Under the pieces are notes generated by a model. It searched no databases and had not been told where the DNA came from. It worked only from the letters and a program-made list of their open reading frames with translations. A stretch of 64,000 nt of DNA. It comes from an uncultured Gammaproteobacteria bacterium. GTDB lineage: Bacteria; Pseudomonadota; Gammaproteobacteria; JACCXJ01. A program made the translations under genes and the position numbers. Positions 20,191 to 30,427 of the stretch are shown one piece after another (the stretch's first letter is position 1; each line of letters opens with the position of its first letter). The DNA lies in NCBI GenBank assembly GCA_963764725.1, contig CAVXTM010000001.1, positions 192,001-256,000 on the forward strand, read 5' to 3'.

Positions 20191-21135
20191 TCACCGATCC
20201 CTGAGTCCCAAGAACCCACACAGCAGTCCGGCGGCCCGTTCGCTCGTGCGCCATACGGCTTCGGCGGTGTTCGAAGCGTTGTGGGAACCAAAAACGCAAC
20301 ACTCGAAGCCCCGCAAGGGCGAAGATAATGGCAATGGCTCGGTTTCGTACACATCGAGGGCGGCTGAATGCACCCGGCCGCTCGTGAGCGCTGCGATCAA
20401 GGCCATTTCGTCGATCAACGCCCCGCGCGCCACATTGACGATCCGCACCCCGGCTTTCGCCCTTTGCAATGCCTCTTGGTTCAGCATGTGCCGATTGGCG
20501 TCGCTGAGCGAGCAGGTGAAGACGAGGAAGTCGCATGCCTCAAGTTTCGAGGGCCACTCAGATAGCGAGACGTCTTTAATGGACGCATCCGGACGATAGT
20601 CGGGATCATAAACGATCACTACCATATCCGCGGCGAGCGCACGCCGGGCGACGTGCCTGCCAATATCGCCAAAACCGATAAGCCCAAGCACCTTTCGCCG
20701 CAACGAAATACCGCGCGGTTTAGGCCAGCCGCCGCCCCGCACTTCCCGGTCGATCCGGAACGTCTCCCGGGCGAGGGCGGTCACATAGGCCATGGCGATG
20801 TCAGCCACTTCTCCGCCAAACATGTTGGGTGTATTCGTCACCCGAATGCCCAGCGCCTGGGCAGCCTTGAAATCGACATTATCCACACCGATCCCCCACT
20901 TTACAGCGGCTTTCAGCCGCCCTGATCGGCCTGCCCGGAACACGGCCGCCGTGGCCGGATCGTCACCGATGATCCAGCCATCGCATTGTGGCACGAGATC
21001 GATTATCTGCGTTTCGCTCAGGGTCTGCACGACGTTAGGGCAAACGGCGTCTACGCCCCGCTCCGTGAAATATCGTTCGAAGTCGCGCATGACCCCCAGC
21101 ATGGGCGGGCAGGTAATGAGCACCTTCATGGGCAT
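20191..21135 (-). CDS. D-isomer-specific 2-hydroxyacid dehydrogenase (phosphoglycerate dehydrogenase-like)
   Basis: GIGVDNVD, GFGDIG, VNVARG, ALDVYETEP, GSHNAS. Confidence 0.9.
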   Translation of the reverse strand: MPMKVLITCPPMLGVMRDFERYFTERGVDAVCPNVVQTLSETQIIDLVPQCDGWIIGDDPATAAVFRAGRSGRLKAAVKWGIGVDNVDFKAAQALGIRVTNTPNMFGGEVADIAMAYVTALARETFRIDREVRGGGWPKPRGISLRRKVLGLIGFGDIGRHVARRALAADMVVIVYDPDYRPDASIKDVSLSEWPSKLEACDFLVFTCSLSDANRHMLNQEALQRAKAGVRIVNVARGALIDEMALIAALTSGRVHSAALDVYETEPLPLSSPLRGFECCVFGSHNASNTAEAVWRTSERAAGLLCGFLGLRDR

Positions 21136-21860
21136 TCACTTTGGTTTAAGCGCACGCTAGGCGCGTTTGCGAACTGGGCGGGTTTCACCGCATTTGCCAG
21201 CGCTTCCGCGAGCGCCCAGTCATCCGGCTCATCGATATCGACGGACTCCAGCTTCGGAGTCTCGAACAGCATCGGCCGCTCGCCGATACGCGCCTTCGTC
21301 TTTGCGAAGCTCTCGCAGGAAAAAATATACAAGCAGGAGTTTTCCTCGAACCAAGGCTCTAAATCCTGCGTTCGGATTAGATTATTCGGATCATGATAAA
21401 CGGCCGAACCGTCCTTGCGGTAGAAACGTGCTTGCCTTCGCGTAACAGCGAACAGAGAGTCTGCATCACCACGGTCAAGGGCACGGCGGTAGGCTTCGAG
21501 TGCTCCGACGATGGTCGGAGCACGGAGAAACGGATTGGTCACGTGGGTCATCAGATATACATCGCCGGGAACGGCGTTGATATCGTCCTCGATAATCCGG
21601 TTCATGCTGACCAGATCGCCACAGATTTCGGGCTTACGATCCCTTACGAGGATGCGTTCCGAGGGAGGGAGCTTGGTCTGAAACAAAACCTCGCGTGCGT
21701 CGGTATTAATCACGATTTGGCCGATGGTTGGGATCGCGAGCAGGGTATCCAGCATCCAACGGAACAACGGTTTTCCTCCCAACCTACGGAAGTTTTTCCC
21801 CGGTACGCGTTCGCTATGCCCCTTCAAAGGCAAAAGGGCAATGGCCCTGTTAGGACTCAT
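21126..21860 (-). CDS. Acylneuraminate cytidylyltransferase family (NeuA/KdsB-like)
   Basis: KGHSERVPGKN, INTD, THVTNPF, RTQDL, DIDEPDDW. Confidence 0.88.
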   Translation of the reverse strand: MSPNRAIALLPLKGHSERVPGKNFRRLGGKPLFRWMLDTLLAIPTIGQIVINTDAREVLFQTKLPPSERILVRDRKPEICGDLVSMNRIIEDDINAVPGDVYLMTHVTNPFLRAPTIVGALEAYRRALDRGDADSLFAVTRRQARFYRKDGSAVYHDPNNLIRTQDLEPWFEENSCLYIFSCESFAKTKARIGERPMLFETPKLESVDIDEPDDWALAEALANAVKPAQFANAPSVRLNQSECP

Positions 21861-22788
21861 GAGATTTCTCTAGCGTATCGCGATAGGCGATCGGCCGCGC
21901 TATCGCTTTCCGAGGGTAGAAGTAGCGCTCTTTCCGTTCCTTCGAAAGCTTACGGTGCAGGTGATTCCCTTGGTAAGCGCCCCAAAACTGCATGAACCGA
22001 TATAGCACGATCTGATGAGCCGTCTCCAGAAAGCGTTCTTCCTGTAAACTCGCACCGAAATCCAGAAATACCCCCGAGAGAAAATAGCGCACAAAATCGG
22101 TAATGCTCACAGATACCTCGGGCATAATCTTTTGTAACGCAAGCGCCTCGCGCTCGTAGCGGTTCCTTATCTGCGACCAGGTCTCGTCGTGTAGGTGGTA
22201 GACCGCCGCGGGAGCAACATAGGCGATCTTTAAGCCATCGTTCGTCAAGCGTTTTCCCAGATCCATGTCCTCGAGACCTGTCAAGTCGTCACAAAACCGG
22301 TAGCGCACCCAGACCTCCCGTAGCAAGGCAGCGTTCGCATTGTTGCAAAAAAACCCTTCCTGAGGGATACGGCTCACGTCGGGAAAATATTTCTTGAACA
22401 ACTGACACTCGCTGAAGCGGCTTGAACCGTTGCCCAACTGTCTGCCATAGGAATAGACCACGATTTGTTTCTGCAGCGGGCTGATTAAACCACTCATCCA
22501 GTGCTCGTTTTCAGGCAGGCAATGACCGCTTATGAAAACGAGGTAGTCGCCGGCGGCGTTTTCGCATCCGCGATTCAACGAACGGCCAAAGGTGAATTCA
22601 TCCCGGCCAATATGAAAAACCCGGCACGCGTAAGCCTTGGCTATCTCGACGGTAACATCGGTGGAACCGGAGTCGATGACTAGCGTTTCGGTGTTTAAGC
22701 CATGCAACTTCTGGGCAGCGATACGCCGGAGCAGTTCGTCCAGATGTCGCGCTTCGTTGTAAGTCCTGATGACGATACTCGCTAACAT
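21850..22788 (-). CDS. GT2 glycosyltransferase
   Basis: SIVIRTYNE, IDSGSTD, FTFGRSLN, LED. Confidence 0.88.
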   Translation of the reverse strand: MLASIVIRTYNEARHLDELLRRIAAQKLHGLNTETLVIDSGSTDVTVEIAKAYACRVFHIGRDEFTFGRSLNRGCENAAGDYLVFISGHCLPENEHWMSGLISPLQKQIVVYSYGRQLGNGSSRFSECQLFKKYFPDVSRIPQEGFFCNNANAALLREVWVRYRFCDDLTGLEDMDLGKRLTNDGLKIAYVAPAAVYHLHDETWSQIRNRYEREALALQKIMPEVSVSITDFVRYFLSGVFLDFGASLQEERFLETAHQIVLYRFMQFWGAYQGNHLHRKLSKERKERYFYPRKAIARPIAYRDTLEKSHES

Positions 22789-22804
22789 CCGTAATACTGA
22801 ATAT

Positions 22805-23590
22805 TTATATAGTCTTTGGGTTGATCTCGAGCGCGAACGGTGGCTGCAGGAGTCTATATAACAACTCGATCTCTTCGCGAAACACCGAGTTTGGCGCAAA
22901 CATATCCCAGTGGATGGGCACCAAGGTTTGCGCGCCGATTTCGGAGGCTAACGAAAAGGCTTCCCGAACCGACATGTTCCCTATGATGCCGCGGCGCTTG
23001 CGAAAGAAGCTTCGTTCATTGACGGGCAGAAACGCAACCTCTATAGGGCTCAAGGACCGCAGTAAGTCAATTAAATCTTCGTGCGGCGACGTGTCGCCAG
23101 CGTGGTAGATACGCTTCCCACAATAATCGATAACGTATCCCAAATAGCAGAATTTGCCGTCCTCGTCCACATCGACCGATTCGTGCGCAGCGGGTACCGG
23201 TATGGCGCGCAGATTCTTGGTTAAATCGATTGCATTTGAATGCGCCACGATGATCCGTTCGACTGCAATTCCCCAGGAGCATAGTAGTCTACCGACCACG
23301 TTTGGGCATACAAAACGGCTCTGGAGCGAGGCAGATGCGATCGGGAGGAGCGTCTCGGGGTCGGCGTGGTCCTTATGAACATGCGTGATGAGGACAAAAG
23401 CAGCGTCGGTTACCCCGTCTGGCGGGAATGGCGCAGGCACCATACGCCGGTGATCTTTTCCCTCCTGCGCTTGGACGGAATCCGACAAATAGGGGTCGAT
23501 ATAGACGATGGTCTCGTCAAACATTATACGAAATCCAGCTTGACCCAGAGGCAACACAGGAAGTCGTGGCTGACCGACTGCGTTAGTCAT
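22805..23590 (-). CDS. MBL-fold metallohydrolase (UlaG-like)
   Basis: LGQAGF, IDPYLS, THVHKDH, YHAGDT, PIHWDMF. Confidence 0.85.
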   Translation of the reverse strand: MTNAVGQPRLPVLPLGQAGFRIMFDETIVYIDPYLSDSVQAQEGKDHRRMVPAPFPPDGVTDAAFVLITHVHKDHADPETLLPIASASLQSRFVCPNVVGRLLCSWGIAVERIIVAHSNAIDLTKNLRAIPVPAAHESVDVDEDGKFCYLGYVIDYCGKRIYHAGDTSPHEDLIDLLRSLSPIEVAFLPVNERSFFRKRRGIIGNMSVREAFSLASEIGAQTLVPIHWDMFAPNSVFREEIELLYRLLQPPFALEINPKTI

Positions 23591-24737
23591 ACATGCGGGT
23601 GTCAGCGCTCGCGTTGCGGATCGCATCACGTACTGTCTCAATGATGAAATCTTGCGTGGCGGGATCGAGATACGGGTGCATCGGTAAGCTTAACACTTCT
23701 TTAGCGAGTTGCTCCGACACAGACAAAGCGGTCGGTGCCGTGGGAAACTCTACATATGCCTTTTGCTTGTGCAGCGGTTTCGAGTAATAAACCGCGGTTG
23801 GAATGTTATATGTTCTTAAGTATGCCGCAACCTCGTCGCGCTGCGGAACCCTTATCGTATACTGCGCCCAGGCACTGACGGCCCCGCAGGCAATTTTTTG
23901 CGTTCTCGTAACATCTTGTAGCGCTTCCGTGTAACGCCGTGCTACGCGTTGCCGTGCGATGATCTCGTCTTCGAAGAGGGCTAGCTTTTCGACCAGTACT
24001 GCCGCTTGTAAAGTATCGAGTCGGCCATTGATGCCAATGCGCACATTGTCATGATCGTCCCGGCCTTGTCCATGGACCCTTATCGACCTCAGGGCGATCA
24101 TGAGTTCCTCATCGCCCGTGAATAGCGCCCCACCGTCGCCGTAGCAGCCGAGCGGTTTGGCAGGAAAAAAGCTCGTGGCGGTTATAGGCGCCAGCGTCCC
24201 CACCCGCTTACCGCTGCGCGATCCCCCGAAACTCTGGGCCGCATCAGCAATCACGAAGAGATCCCAATCGCGGGCTACCTGCATCAGCGCATCATAGTCT
24301 GCGGGCTGCCCGAACAGATCCACCGGTATCAAGATCTTGGGCGTCAGCTTAAGTCTTTCTGCGTTTTCAATAGCCGCATTCACACTCTCAAGGTTTATCA
24401 AAAAATCATCTTCGTTGACGTCCACAAAGACAGGCGTAGCGCCTAATAGAACCACGACCTCAGCGGTCGATACAAACGTAAATGAGGGTAGAAACACAGC
24501 ATCGCCCGGCTTGACCCCGAGCGCCATAAGCGCCATCAGGAGTGCGTCGGTCCCGCTCGCGCAGGTCACAACATGCTTGGCGGAGCAAAATGCCGCCAAA
24601 GCATCCTCCAGCTCATCAACCTCCGGCCCCAGAATATAACGCCCATGCTCTAACACCCTGGTGATTGCGGCTTGGATTCGAGGCCCGACACGCCTCTGCT
24701 GGGCCGCCAGGTCAATAAACTGGATAGACCTAGTCAT
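23583..24737 (-). CDS. DegT/DnrJ/EryC1/StrS aminotransferase (WbpE-like)
   Basis: SGTDAL, DAAQSFG, SFFPAKPLGCYGDGG, NGRLDTLQAA, LSLPMHP; start uncertain (24737-24779). Confidence 0.92.
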   Translation of the reverse strand: MTRSIQFIDLAAQQRRVGPRIQAAITRVLEHGRYILGPEVDELEDALAAFCSAKHVVTCASGTDALLMALMALGVKPGDAVFLPSFTFVSTAEVVVLLGATPVFVDVNEDDFLINLESVNAAIENAERLKLTPKILIPVDLFGQPADYDALMQVARDWDLFVIADAAQSFGGSRSGKRVGTLAPITATSFFPAKPLGCYGDGGALFTGDEELMIALRSIRVHGQGRDDHDNVRIGINGRLDTLQAAVLVEKLALFEDEIIARQRVARRYTEALQDVTRTQKIACGAVSAWAQYTIRVPQRDEVAAYLRTYNIPTAVYYSKPLHKQKAYVEFPTAPTALSVSEQLAKEVLSLPMHPYLDPATQDFIIETVRDAIRNASADTRMYD

Positions 24738-24789
24738 GACGCGATTCATGTCGGACTTGTCGGGCGGCTGCGCTTCCATCGACCTATGC

Positions 24790-25434
24790 TTACTTCCCTA
24801 ATCTCTGCGCACGATCCCCGCCGGCTCGTGCATACATCCCCTCGATGAGGGTTGGAATCAACATGCGATCGGGCGGAACCGTCTTGACTAAGGTATTGAC
24901 GATAGCCCCGTTTCCGCCGACCTCTGTAACGACATAGGCGTCGCAGGGTGGGATGTCCTCGACGCGCACCCACACCGGCAGATCCAGGAATCGCGATGGC
25001 CCGCTGCTCGCGGGATCGTAAGTGCCGAGGATCATGATGTCGTGATCACGAGCCCTGACCGAGCCGATTTCGGCGAGCTCAGAAACGCCACAAAACACAA
25101 TCTGTTTCCAGCCATTCATCGCGCATATCCGATAGATGTCCACGCAGGAAGCCGCCGCCCTCCGATAGAACTCGAAAGACCGGGTGAGATATTTCGCGGT
25201 AAGACGGCTTTTCTCCGCAAACCCCTTTCGAGTTAGGTAGTAAAAGTAGCGGTTAACCGGCGCTAGCTTGATCTTTATCCACCCTTTACGCACGCACCGT
25301 CTTACGTATAGGTTCGTTAGGCCTAGCGCGACGCCAAGTTGACGCGAGAGGTGCCTTTGTGTAACCGTATCGCCGCCGCCCACGGCTTCGAGCAACTCAA
25401 GGGTTAAAGCTTCTTCTTTGTCCGTATCGTTCAT
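24790..25434 (-). CDS. EPS-associated MarR/winged-helix transcriptional regulator
   Basis: TQRHLSRQLGVALGLTN...RYFYYLTRKGFAEKSRL plus a C-terminal Rossmann-like domain. Confidence 0.85.
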   Translation of the reverse strand: MNDTDKEEALTLELLEAVGGGDTVTQRHLSRQLGVALGLTNLYVRRCVRKGWIKIKLAPVNRYFYYLTRKGFAEKSRLTAKYLTRSFEFYRRAAASCVDIYRICAMNGWKQIVFCGVSELAEIGSVRARDHDIMILGTYDPASSGPSRFLDLPVWVRVEDIPPCDAYVVTEVGGNGAIVNTLVKTVPPDRMLIPTLIEGMYARAGGDRAQRLGK

Positions 25435-25473
25435 TTTGTGAACACTATATGCGTTCACGACTGTCGGCGTCAA
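25429..25473 (-). promoter_or_regulatory. Sigma70-like promoter with a palindromic operator over the start codon
   Basis: Minus strand TTGACG (25473-25468)-N18-TATAGT (25449-25444); GTTCA-N5-TGAAC at 25429-25443 spans the ATG. Confidence 0.6.
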
Positions 25474-25908
25474 TCGACCCATGGGCCATACCAGTGAATT
25501 TCGTTCAATCAAGCCGAGGAGAGCCTCGACTTTTGATACCGTTACGCTGAATTGGTGATCGCCCGGCCCACGCAGTATACTTGCGCCGATCGCTGGATCG
25601 TCTCACGGGGCTTGCGCCGCAAGATTTGCCGTGGAGGGTACCTCTTGTGATGCAGGTGATCTCAACTAAGCAGGCGGAACCTGGCATTTTCGCGCGTGAG
25701 TTTAGTACGCGCGACGGAGGGGGATGAGAGATTTCGGATCAAACGCTCTAGCGACCCTGTTCCGCCAGTTGGTGATCGAGCCCGCACGCAGACAGACAAT
25801 GGGATTGAAGGACAGGGAAATCGAGGAGCAGGATTCTCCCGTTGCCCGCGTCGTGAACGGTACACTCGCCGCCTACCGCGTCATTCTGGATCGGAGCCAC
25901 GGCTAGCC

Positions 25909-26964
25909 ATGACAGGTACACACGAGCAGCAGATCCGGGCGGGATGCCGTGTGCTGGTGACCGGCGCCAGCGGTTTTGTGGGGCGTATGCTGTGTGACCT
26001 GCTCCTGCGGACCGGCTACAGCGTTCGCGGCAGCAGCCGTGCACCTGCGTCACCTGCTGTGGGTTCGAGCGCGCTTGAGTGGGCACAGGTGGGAGCGCTG
26101 TCGGCACAGACCGACTGGTCGCAGGCCCTGCAAGATGTGGACGCGGTGGTCCATCTCGCCGCGCGCGTGCACCACCCTGGTGAGCCCGCGATGCGGGTCG
26201 CGGCGCTCCATCATCGCACCAACTGCGAGGGGACCGTCCGACTGGTGGAGATGGCTGCGGCTGCGGGTGTGCGGCGCCTGGTCTTCCTCAGCACGGTCAA
26301 GGTGAACGGGAAGCGCACTGTTCGCCATGCCGGCGGCAGCTGGCAGCGCTATTCCGAAGATGATGTCCCGCATCCCCAGGGCGCCTACGCGCAGAGCAAG
26401 TGGGAAGCGGAGCAGGCGCTGCTTGAGATTGCGGCGCGTGGACCGATGGCAGTGACCATCCTACGCCCACCGCTAGTCTACGGTCCCGGCGTGGGCGCCA
26501 ATTTCCTACGACTGGTGCGCGCAGTGCAAAAGGGTATACCCCTGCCGTTCGCCCAAGTCGTCAACATGCGCAGCCTGGTTTATGTGGAGAATCTCGCTGA
26601 GGCAATCCTGGTTTGCATGGAAAGCAAGGCAGCCGCGAACAAGACCTACCTGGTACGCGATGTCGACGTATCGACGCCTGACCTCATCTATGCGGTCGCT
26701 AAGGTTCTTGGCTGCCGCCCGCGGCTGATGCGCATGCCGCTCTGGGCCCTGCGTCTGGGCGGAGTGTTGACCTTGCGCAGCGCCACCGTCTCGCGTCTGG
26801 TCAACTCGCTCCTCGTCGATGACTCACGTATCCGTCGCGAACTGTTCTGGACGCCTTCGATGACGATGCAACAGGGACTGGCCAGAACGGCGGCGTGGCT
26901 GGGCGTGAAGACTCCGGAGCCGGGTCACAGGGCGTGTCATGAATCAGGCACAGCGCGAAGCTAG
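25909..26964 (+). CDS. NAD-dependent epimerase/dehydratase (WbpV-like)
   Basis: TGASGFVG, HLAARVH, YAQSK, RPPLVYGPG. Confidence 0.88.
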   Translation: MTGTHEQQIRAGCRVLVTGASGFVGRMLCDLLLRTGYSVRGSSRAPASPAVGSSALEWAQVGALSAQTDWSQALQDVDAVVHLAARVHHPGEPAMRVAALHHRTNCEGTVRLVEMAAAAGVRRLVFLSTVKVNGKRTVRHAGGSWQRYSEDDVPHPQGAYAQSKWEAEQALLEIAARGPMAVTILRPPLVYGPGVGANFLRLVRAVQKGIPLPFAQVVNMRSLVYVENLAEAILVCMESKAAANKTYLVRDVDVSTPDLIYAVAKVLGCRPRLMRMPLWALRLGGVLTLRSATVSRLVNSLLVDDSRIRRELFWTPSMTMQQGLARTAAWLGVKTPEPGHRACHESGTARS

Positions 26965-26970
26965 CCACTC

Positions 26971-28008
26971 ATGCCCGGGATGATCATGATTGCGTTGGTG
27001 GTCTTTGGTGCGTCGTGGTTCCTGACGTGGTTCGTTCGGCTGTATGCGCTTCGACGTTCCGTGCTAGACATCCCGAACGAGCGCAGCTCGCACGTCACTC
27101 CAACGCCGCGCGGCGGCGGGCTTGCGATCGTGCTGAGCGTGCTGGGAGTGGCGGCATGGCTGCATAGCCGCGGTCTCATCGAGGTTCCCCTCGCGCAGGC
27201 CCTGTTCGTGGGCGGATCGGCGGTGGCGGTGGTGGGCTGGCTCGACGACCACCGTCCGCTTGGCGTGGCTCTCCGCGCCACCACGCAACTGGCAGCCGCG
27301 GCATGGGTCGTTTACCTCGTGGGCGGCGTTTCCGAGCTGGAAACGGGCTTCGGTCGCCTGCATCTCGGTATCGTGGCTGGCTCTATCCTGGCGACGGTAG
27401 GGATTGCCTGGCTTCTGAATCTCTTCAACTTTCTCGATGGCACCGACGGGTACGCGGGGACGCAGGCGATCTGCACGGCACTCGCCGGCTGGGGGCTGTT
27501 TCTGTTCGCCGGCGAGCCGGGGAATGCGGTGTTATGCATCGCCATCGGGGCCGCGGCGGCGGGATTACTGGTCTGGAACTGGTCACCGGCACGGATTTTT
27601 ATGGGCGATGTGGGAAGCTGCTTCCTCGGCTACGTATTCGGCGTGCTCGCCTTGTTCGGTGAGAAGTCCGGAGCGGCCCCGGCCTATATCTGGCTCATAC
27701 TGCTCGGTGCGTTTGTGTGGGACGCGACGCTGACGCTCATCTCTCGTTTACTCGCTGGCGAGCGATGGTATGACGCCCACCGCACGCATGCCTACCAGCG
27801 TCTGCATCAGCTGGGCTTCGGCCACCGGAAAATCGCCTTGCTCCTTCTCGCCGTGAACGTGCTGCTGCTCTGGCCTTTGGCGTATCTCGCCGTGCTGTGG
27901 AATAATCTGCGCCCGTCGGCGCTCGTCGCTTCGATAAGCTGTCTGGTCGCCGCATGGATCGTGATACAGACAAAATTTTCTCGCCAACCGCCGCATAAGC
28001 ACGCGTGA
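26971..28008 (+). CDS. MraY/WecA-family initiating phosphoglycosyltransferase (WbpL-like)
   Basis: PNERSSHVTPTPRGGG, WLDD, NFLDGTDG, FMGDVGS, HRTHAYQ. Confidence 0.9.
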   Translation: MPGMIMIALVVFGASWFLTWFVRLYALRRSVLDIPNERSSHVTPTPRGGGLAIVLSVLGVAAWLHSRGLIEVPLAQALFVGGSAVAVVGWLDDHRPLGVALRATTQLAAAAWVVYLVGGVSELETGFGRLHLGIVAGSILATVGIAWLLNLFNFLDGTDGYAGTQAICTALAGWGLFLFAGEPGNAVLCIAIGAAAAGLLVWNWSPARIFMGDVGSCFLGYVFGVLALFGEKSGAAPAYIWLILLGAFVWDATLTLISRLLAGERWYDAHRTHAYQRLHQLGFGHRKIALLLLAVNVLLLWPLAYLAVLWNNLRPSALVASISCLVAAWIVIQTKFSRQPPHKHA

Positions 28009-28176
28009 TTCGAATCAATCGCCGCACTGCCGTCTCGCCGCACGACCTGATGATGGTCGCGTGCCCGTCACCGAATCGGTGGCGAACGCACCCTCACCCT
28101 ACCGTTTCACAATCGCATCACCGAAGCGCGGTGGACCAGGTGGTTACAGGGCTTGAAGAAGCCGTGAGGCGTAGTA

Positions 28177-30087
28177 ATGCAGCCTAAGGGGAAAACGATC
28201 ATGTCCAAGCGTTTGAAAACATGGCATCTGCGCGGTGCCGCCTTCCTGCATGATCTCATGATGATTCCGCTCGCCTGGCTGTGCGCTTATTGGTTGCGTT
28301 TTAATCTCGGAACGATCCCGCAGGAATTTTTGACCGCGGGGATCGGCGCCCTGTTCGTGGTCGTCCCCATACAGTGCGTAATTTATTGGTATGTCGGCCT
28401 CTACCGGGGAGTATGGCGTTTTGCGTCGCTGCCCGATCTCATGCGCATCGGGCAGGCCGTGCTAGCGGGTGCGCTCGTGTGCGCGACGGTATTGTTCATG
28501 GTCACCCGGCTGCATGGAGTGCCGCGTTCGGTCTTTCCTCTCTACGCGATCATTCTCGGGGGCTTGCTCGGCGGCCCGCGCTTCGCCTTCCGCTGGTTTA
28601 AGGACTATCCCCTGCGCTCCCGCACCGGCCAGCGGGTCATCATCGTGGGCGCGGGACAGGGGGGCGAGTTGCTCGTCCGCGACTTGATGCGCGATCCGGA
28701 ACGCCGCTACCGGCCGGTCGCGTTTTTGGACGACGATCTCGCGAAAACGGGGCGCGAGATCCATGGCCTGCGGGTGCTGGGGACGAGCGATGACTTGCCC
28801 ACCGCGGTGGATCGCCTGGATGCGCGGATGGTGATGATCGCCATTCCCTCGGCAAATTCGCGTCAGATGAAGCGTCTTGTCGAGCTGGCGGAGCGATCCG
28901 GACTGCCGGTGCGCACCTTGCCGAGCATCCATGACGTGCTGGCCGGCCGCGCCGGGATAAATGAGCTCCGGGAGGTGCTGATCGAGGACCTCCTGGGGCG
29001 CGAGCCGGTGGCGCTCAACTGGAACCTGATTCGGTCCTGCCTCTCAGGAAAGGTCGTGTTAATTACGGGCGCCGGGGGCTCCATCGGGGCGGAGCTATGC
29101 CGTCAGATCGCTCAGTTGTCGCCGGGAAAGCTCGTCGTCGTCGATCAGTCCGAGTTCAATCTTTACGAGTTGGAGCTCGATCTCAAGACAGTCTTTCCGG
29201 ACGTGGAGACGAGCGTTCATCTGTGTAATGTCTGCGACGAAGCCGCGGTACGGCGCCTAATGCAGCGCCACGCACCCGAGGTTGTGTTCCATGCCGCGGC
29301 CTTTAAGCACGTGCCCATGCTCGAGTCGCAACTGCGCGAGGCCGTACACAACAACGTGCTTGGGACCAAGACCGTGGCCGAGGCCGCGCTTGCCGCCCGG
29401 GTGAGCCAATTCGTGCTCATCTCGACGGATAAGGCCGTGAATCCCGTGAATGTCATGGGGGCGAGCAAACGCGTCGCCGAGATAATCTGTGAGAATTTGC
29501 AGCATCGCTCCGCCACTCGCTTTACGACCGTTCGCTTCGGAAACGTCTTGGGCTCGGCGGGGAGTGTGGTCCCGTTATTTCGTAAACAGATCGGCTCGGG
29601 CGGCCCGGTGACCGTGACCCACCCGGAGGTCATGCGGTACTTCATGACTATCCCGGAGGCGTGCCAGCTGATCATGCAGGCCGCCGCGATTAGCGAGGGT
29701 GGTGAAATCTTCGTGCTCGATATGGGGGAGCCGGTTAAGATCAGCGATCTCGCCGAGCAAATGATCCGACTCTCGGGGAAAGTCCCGGGCGCGGAGATCG
29801 AGATCGTGTATACGGGCTTACGGGCCGGGGAGAAGCTTTTCGAGGAACTATTCCACGATCAGGAAGCCTTGCGCGCGACCAAGCACAAAAAGATTTTGCG
29901 GGCGCGACACCGGCATGTCGATTCCCACGTGCTTAAATCGACCTTGGCCGAAATGGCCGAAGCCGTGGCCCGCTACGATGAGGAACGCTTACAGTGCTTG
30001 CTACGCCGCTTGGCGCCTGAATTCGCAACCCAAGCGGCCGAGAGCGCGACGGCCGCGGTGGTACCGTTTACCCCGCGCGCGGGATAA
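28177..30087 (+). CDS. Nucleoside-diphosphate sugar epimerase/dehydratase (WbpM/CapD/PglF family)
   Basis: GAGGSIG, HAAAFKHVP, STDKAV, RFGNVLGS, GEKLFEEL. Confidence 0.93.
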   Translation: MQPKGKTIMSKRLKTWHLRGAAFLHDLMMIPLAWLCAYWLRFNLGTIPQEFLTAGIGALFVVVPIQCVIYWYVGLYRGVWRFASLPDLMRIGQAVLAGALVCATVLFMVTRLHGVPRSVFPLYAIILGGLLGGPRFAFRWFKDYPLRSRTGQRVIIVGAGQGGELLVRDLMRDPERRYRPVAFLDDDLAKTGREIHGLRVLGTSDDLPTAVDRLDARMVMIAIPSANSRQMKRLVELAERSGLPVRTLPSIHDVLAGRAGINELREVLIEDLLGREPVALNWNLIRSCLSGKVVLITGAGGSIGAELCRQIAQLSPGKLVVVDQSEFNLYELELDLKTVFPDVETSVHLCNVCDEAAVRRLMQRHAPEVVFHAAAFKHVPMLESQLREAVHNNVLGTKTVAEAALAARVSQFVLISTDKAVNPVNVMGASKRVAEIICENLQHRSATRFTTVRFGNVLGSAGSVVPLFRKQIGSGGPVTVTHPEVMRYFMTIPEACQLIMQAAAISEGGEIFVLDMGEPVKISDLAEQMIRLSGKVPGAEIEIVYTGLRAGEKLFEELFHDQEALRATKHKKILRARHRHVDSHVLKSTLAEMAEAVARYDEERLQCLLRRLAPEFATQAAESATAAVVPFTPRAG

Positions 30088-30090
30088 GGC
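30007..30090 (+). repeat. 84-bp imperfect direct repeat, copy 1 (3' end of the wbpM-like gene)
   Basis: CGCTTGGCGCCTGAATTC...GAGAGCGCGACGGCCGCGGTGGT...CGCGCGGGATAAGGC; ungapped match to 31913-31996. Confidence 0.9.
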
Positions 30091-30427
30091 ACAGATCCCG
30101 CCGTCATTGCGGCGCTTGGCCCGCGGGGCGCGCACGAGGCTGACGCCCACCGACCATGAGTTTCTTCAGCATGATAATAGTCTCCAATTGTTGTTGAAAT
30201 TAAGTTCCTCGAGCGCTCTGCCGTCTTAGCTTAGCGCACCTTTGCAAACCTGACCGCGGCGGGCGTAGGTGATCGTGGTGAGACCGCTGATGACGCCTAC
30301 CACCAGCAGTAACGTGGCCATCGCCGCTTTGGTTTCGATCCCAAAGTCGTCTCCTTGGCCAACGCCTAGCGGGATCGCCTCGGAGCGCTGACAGCGCTCG
30401 GCACCCGCCTTCTCCTAACCTTCGGCC

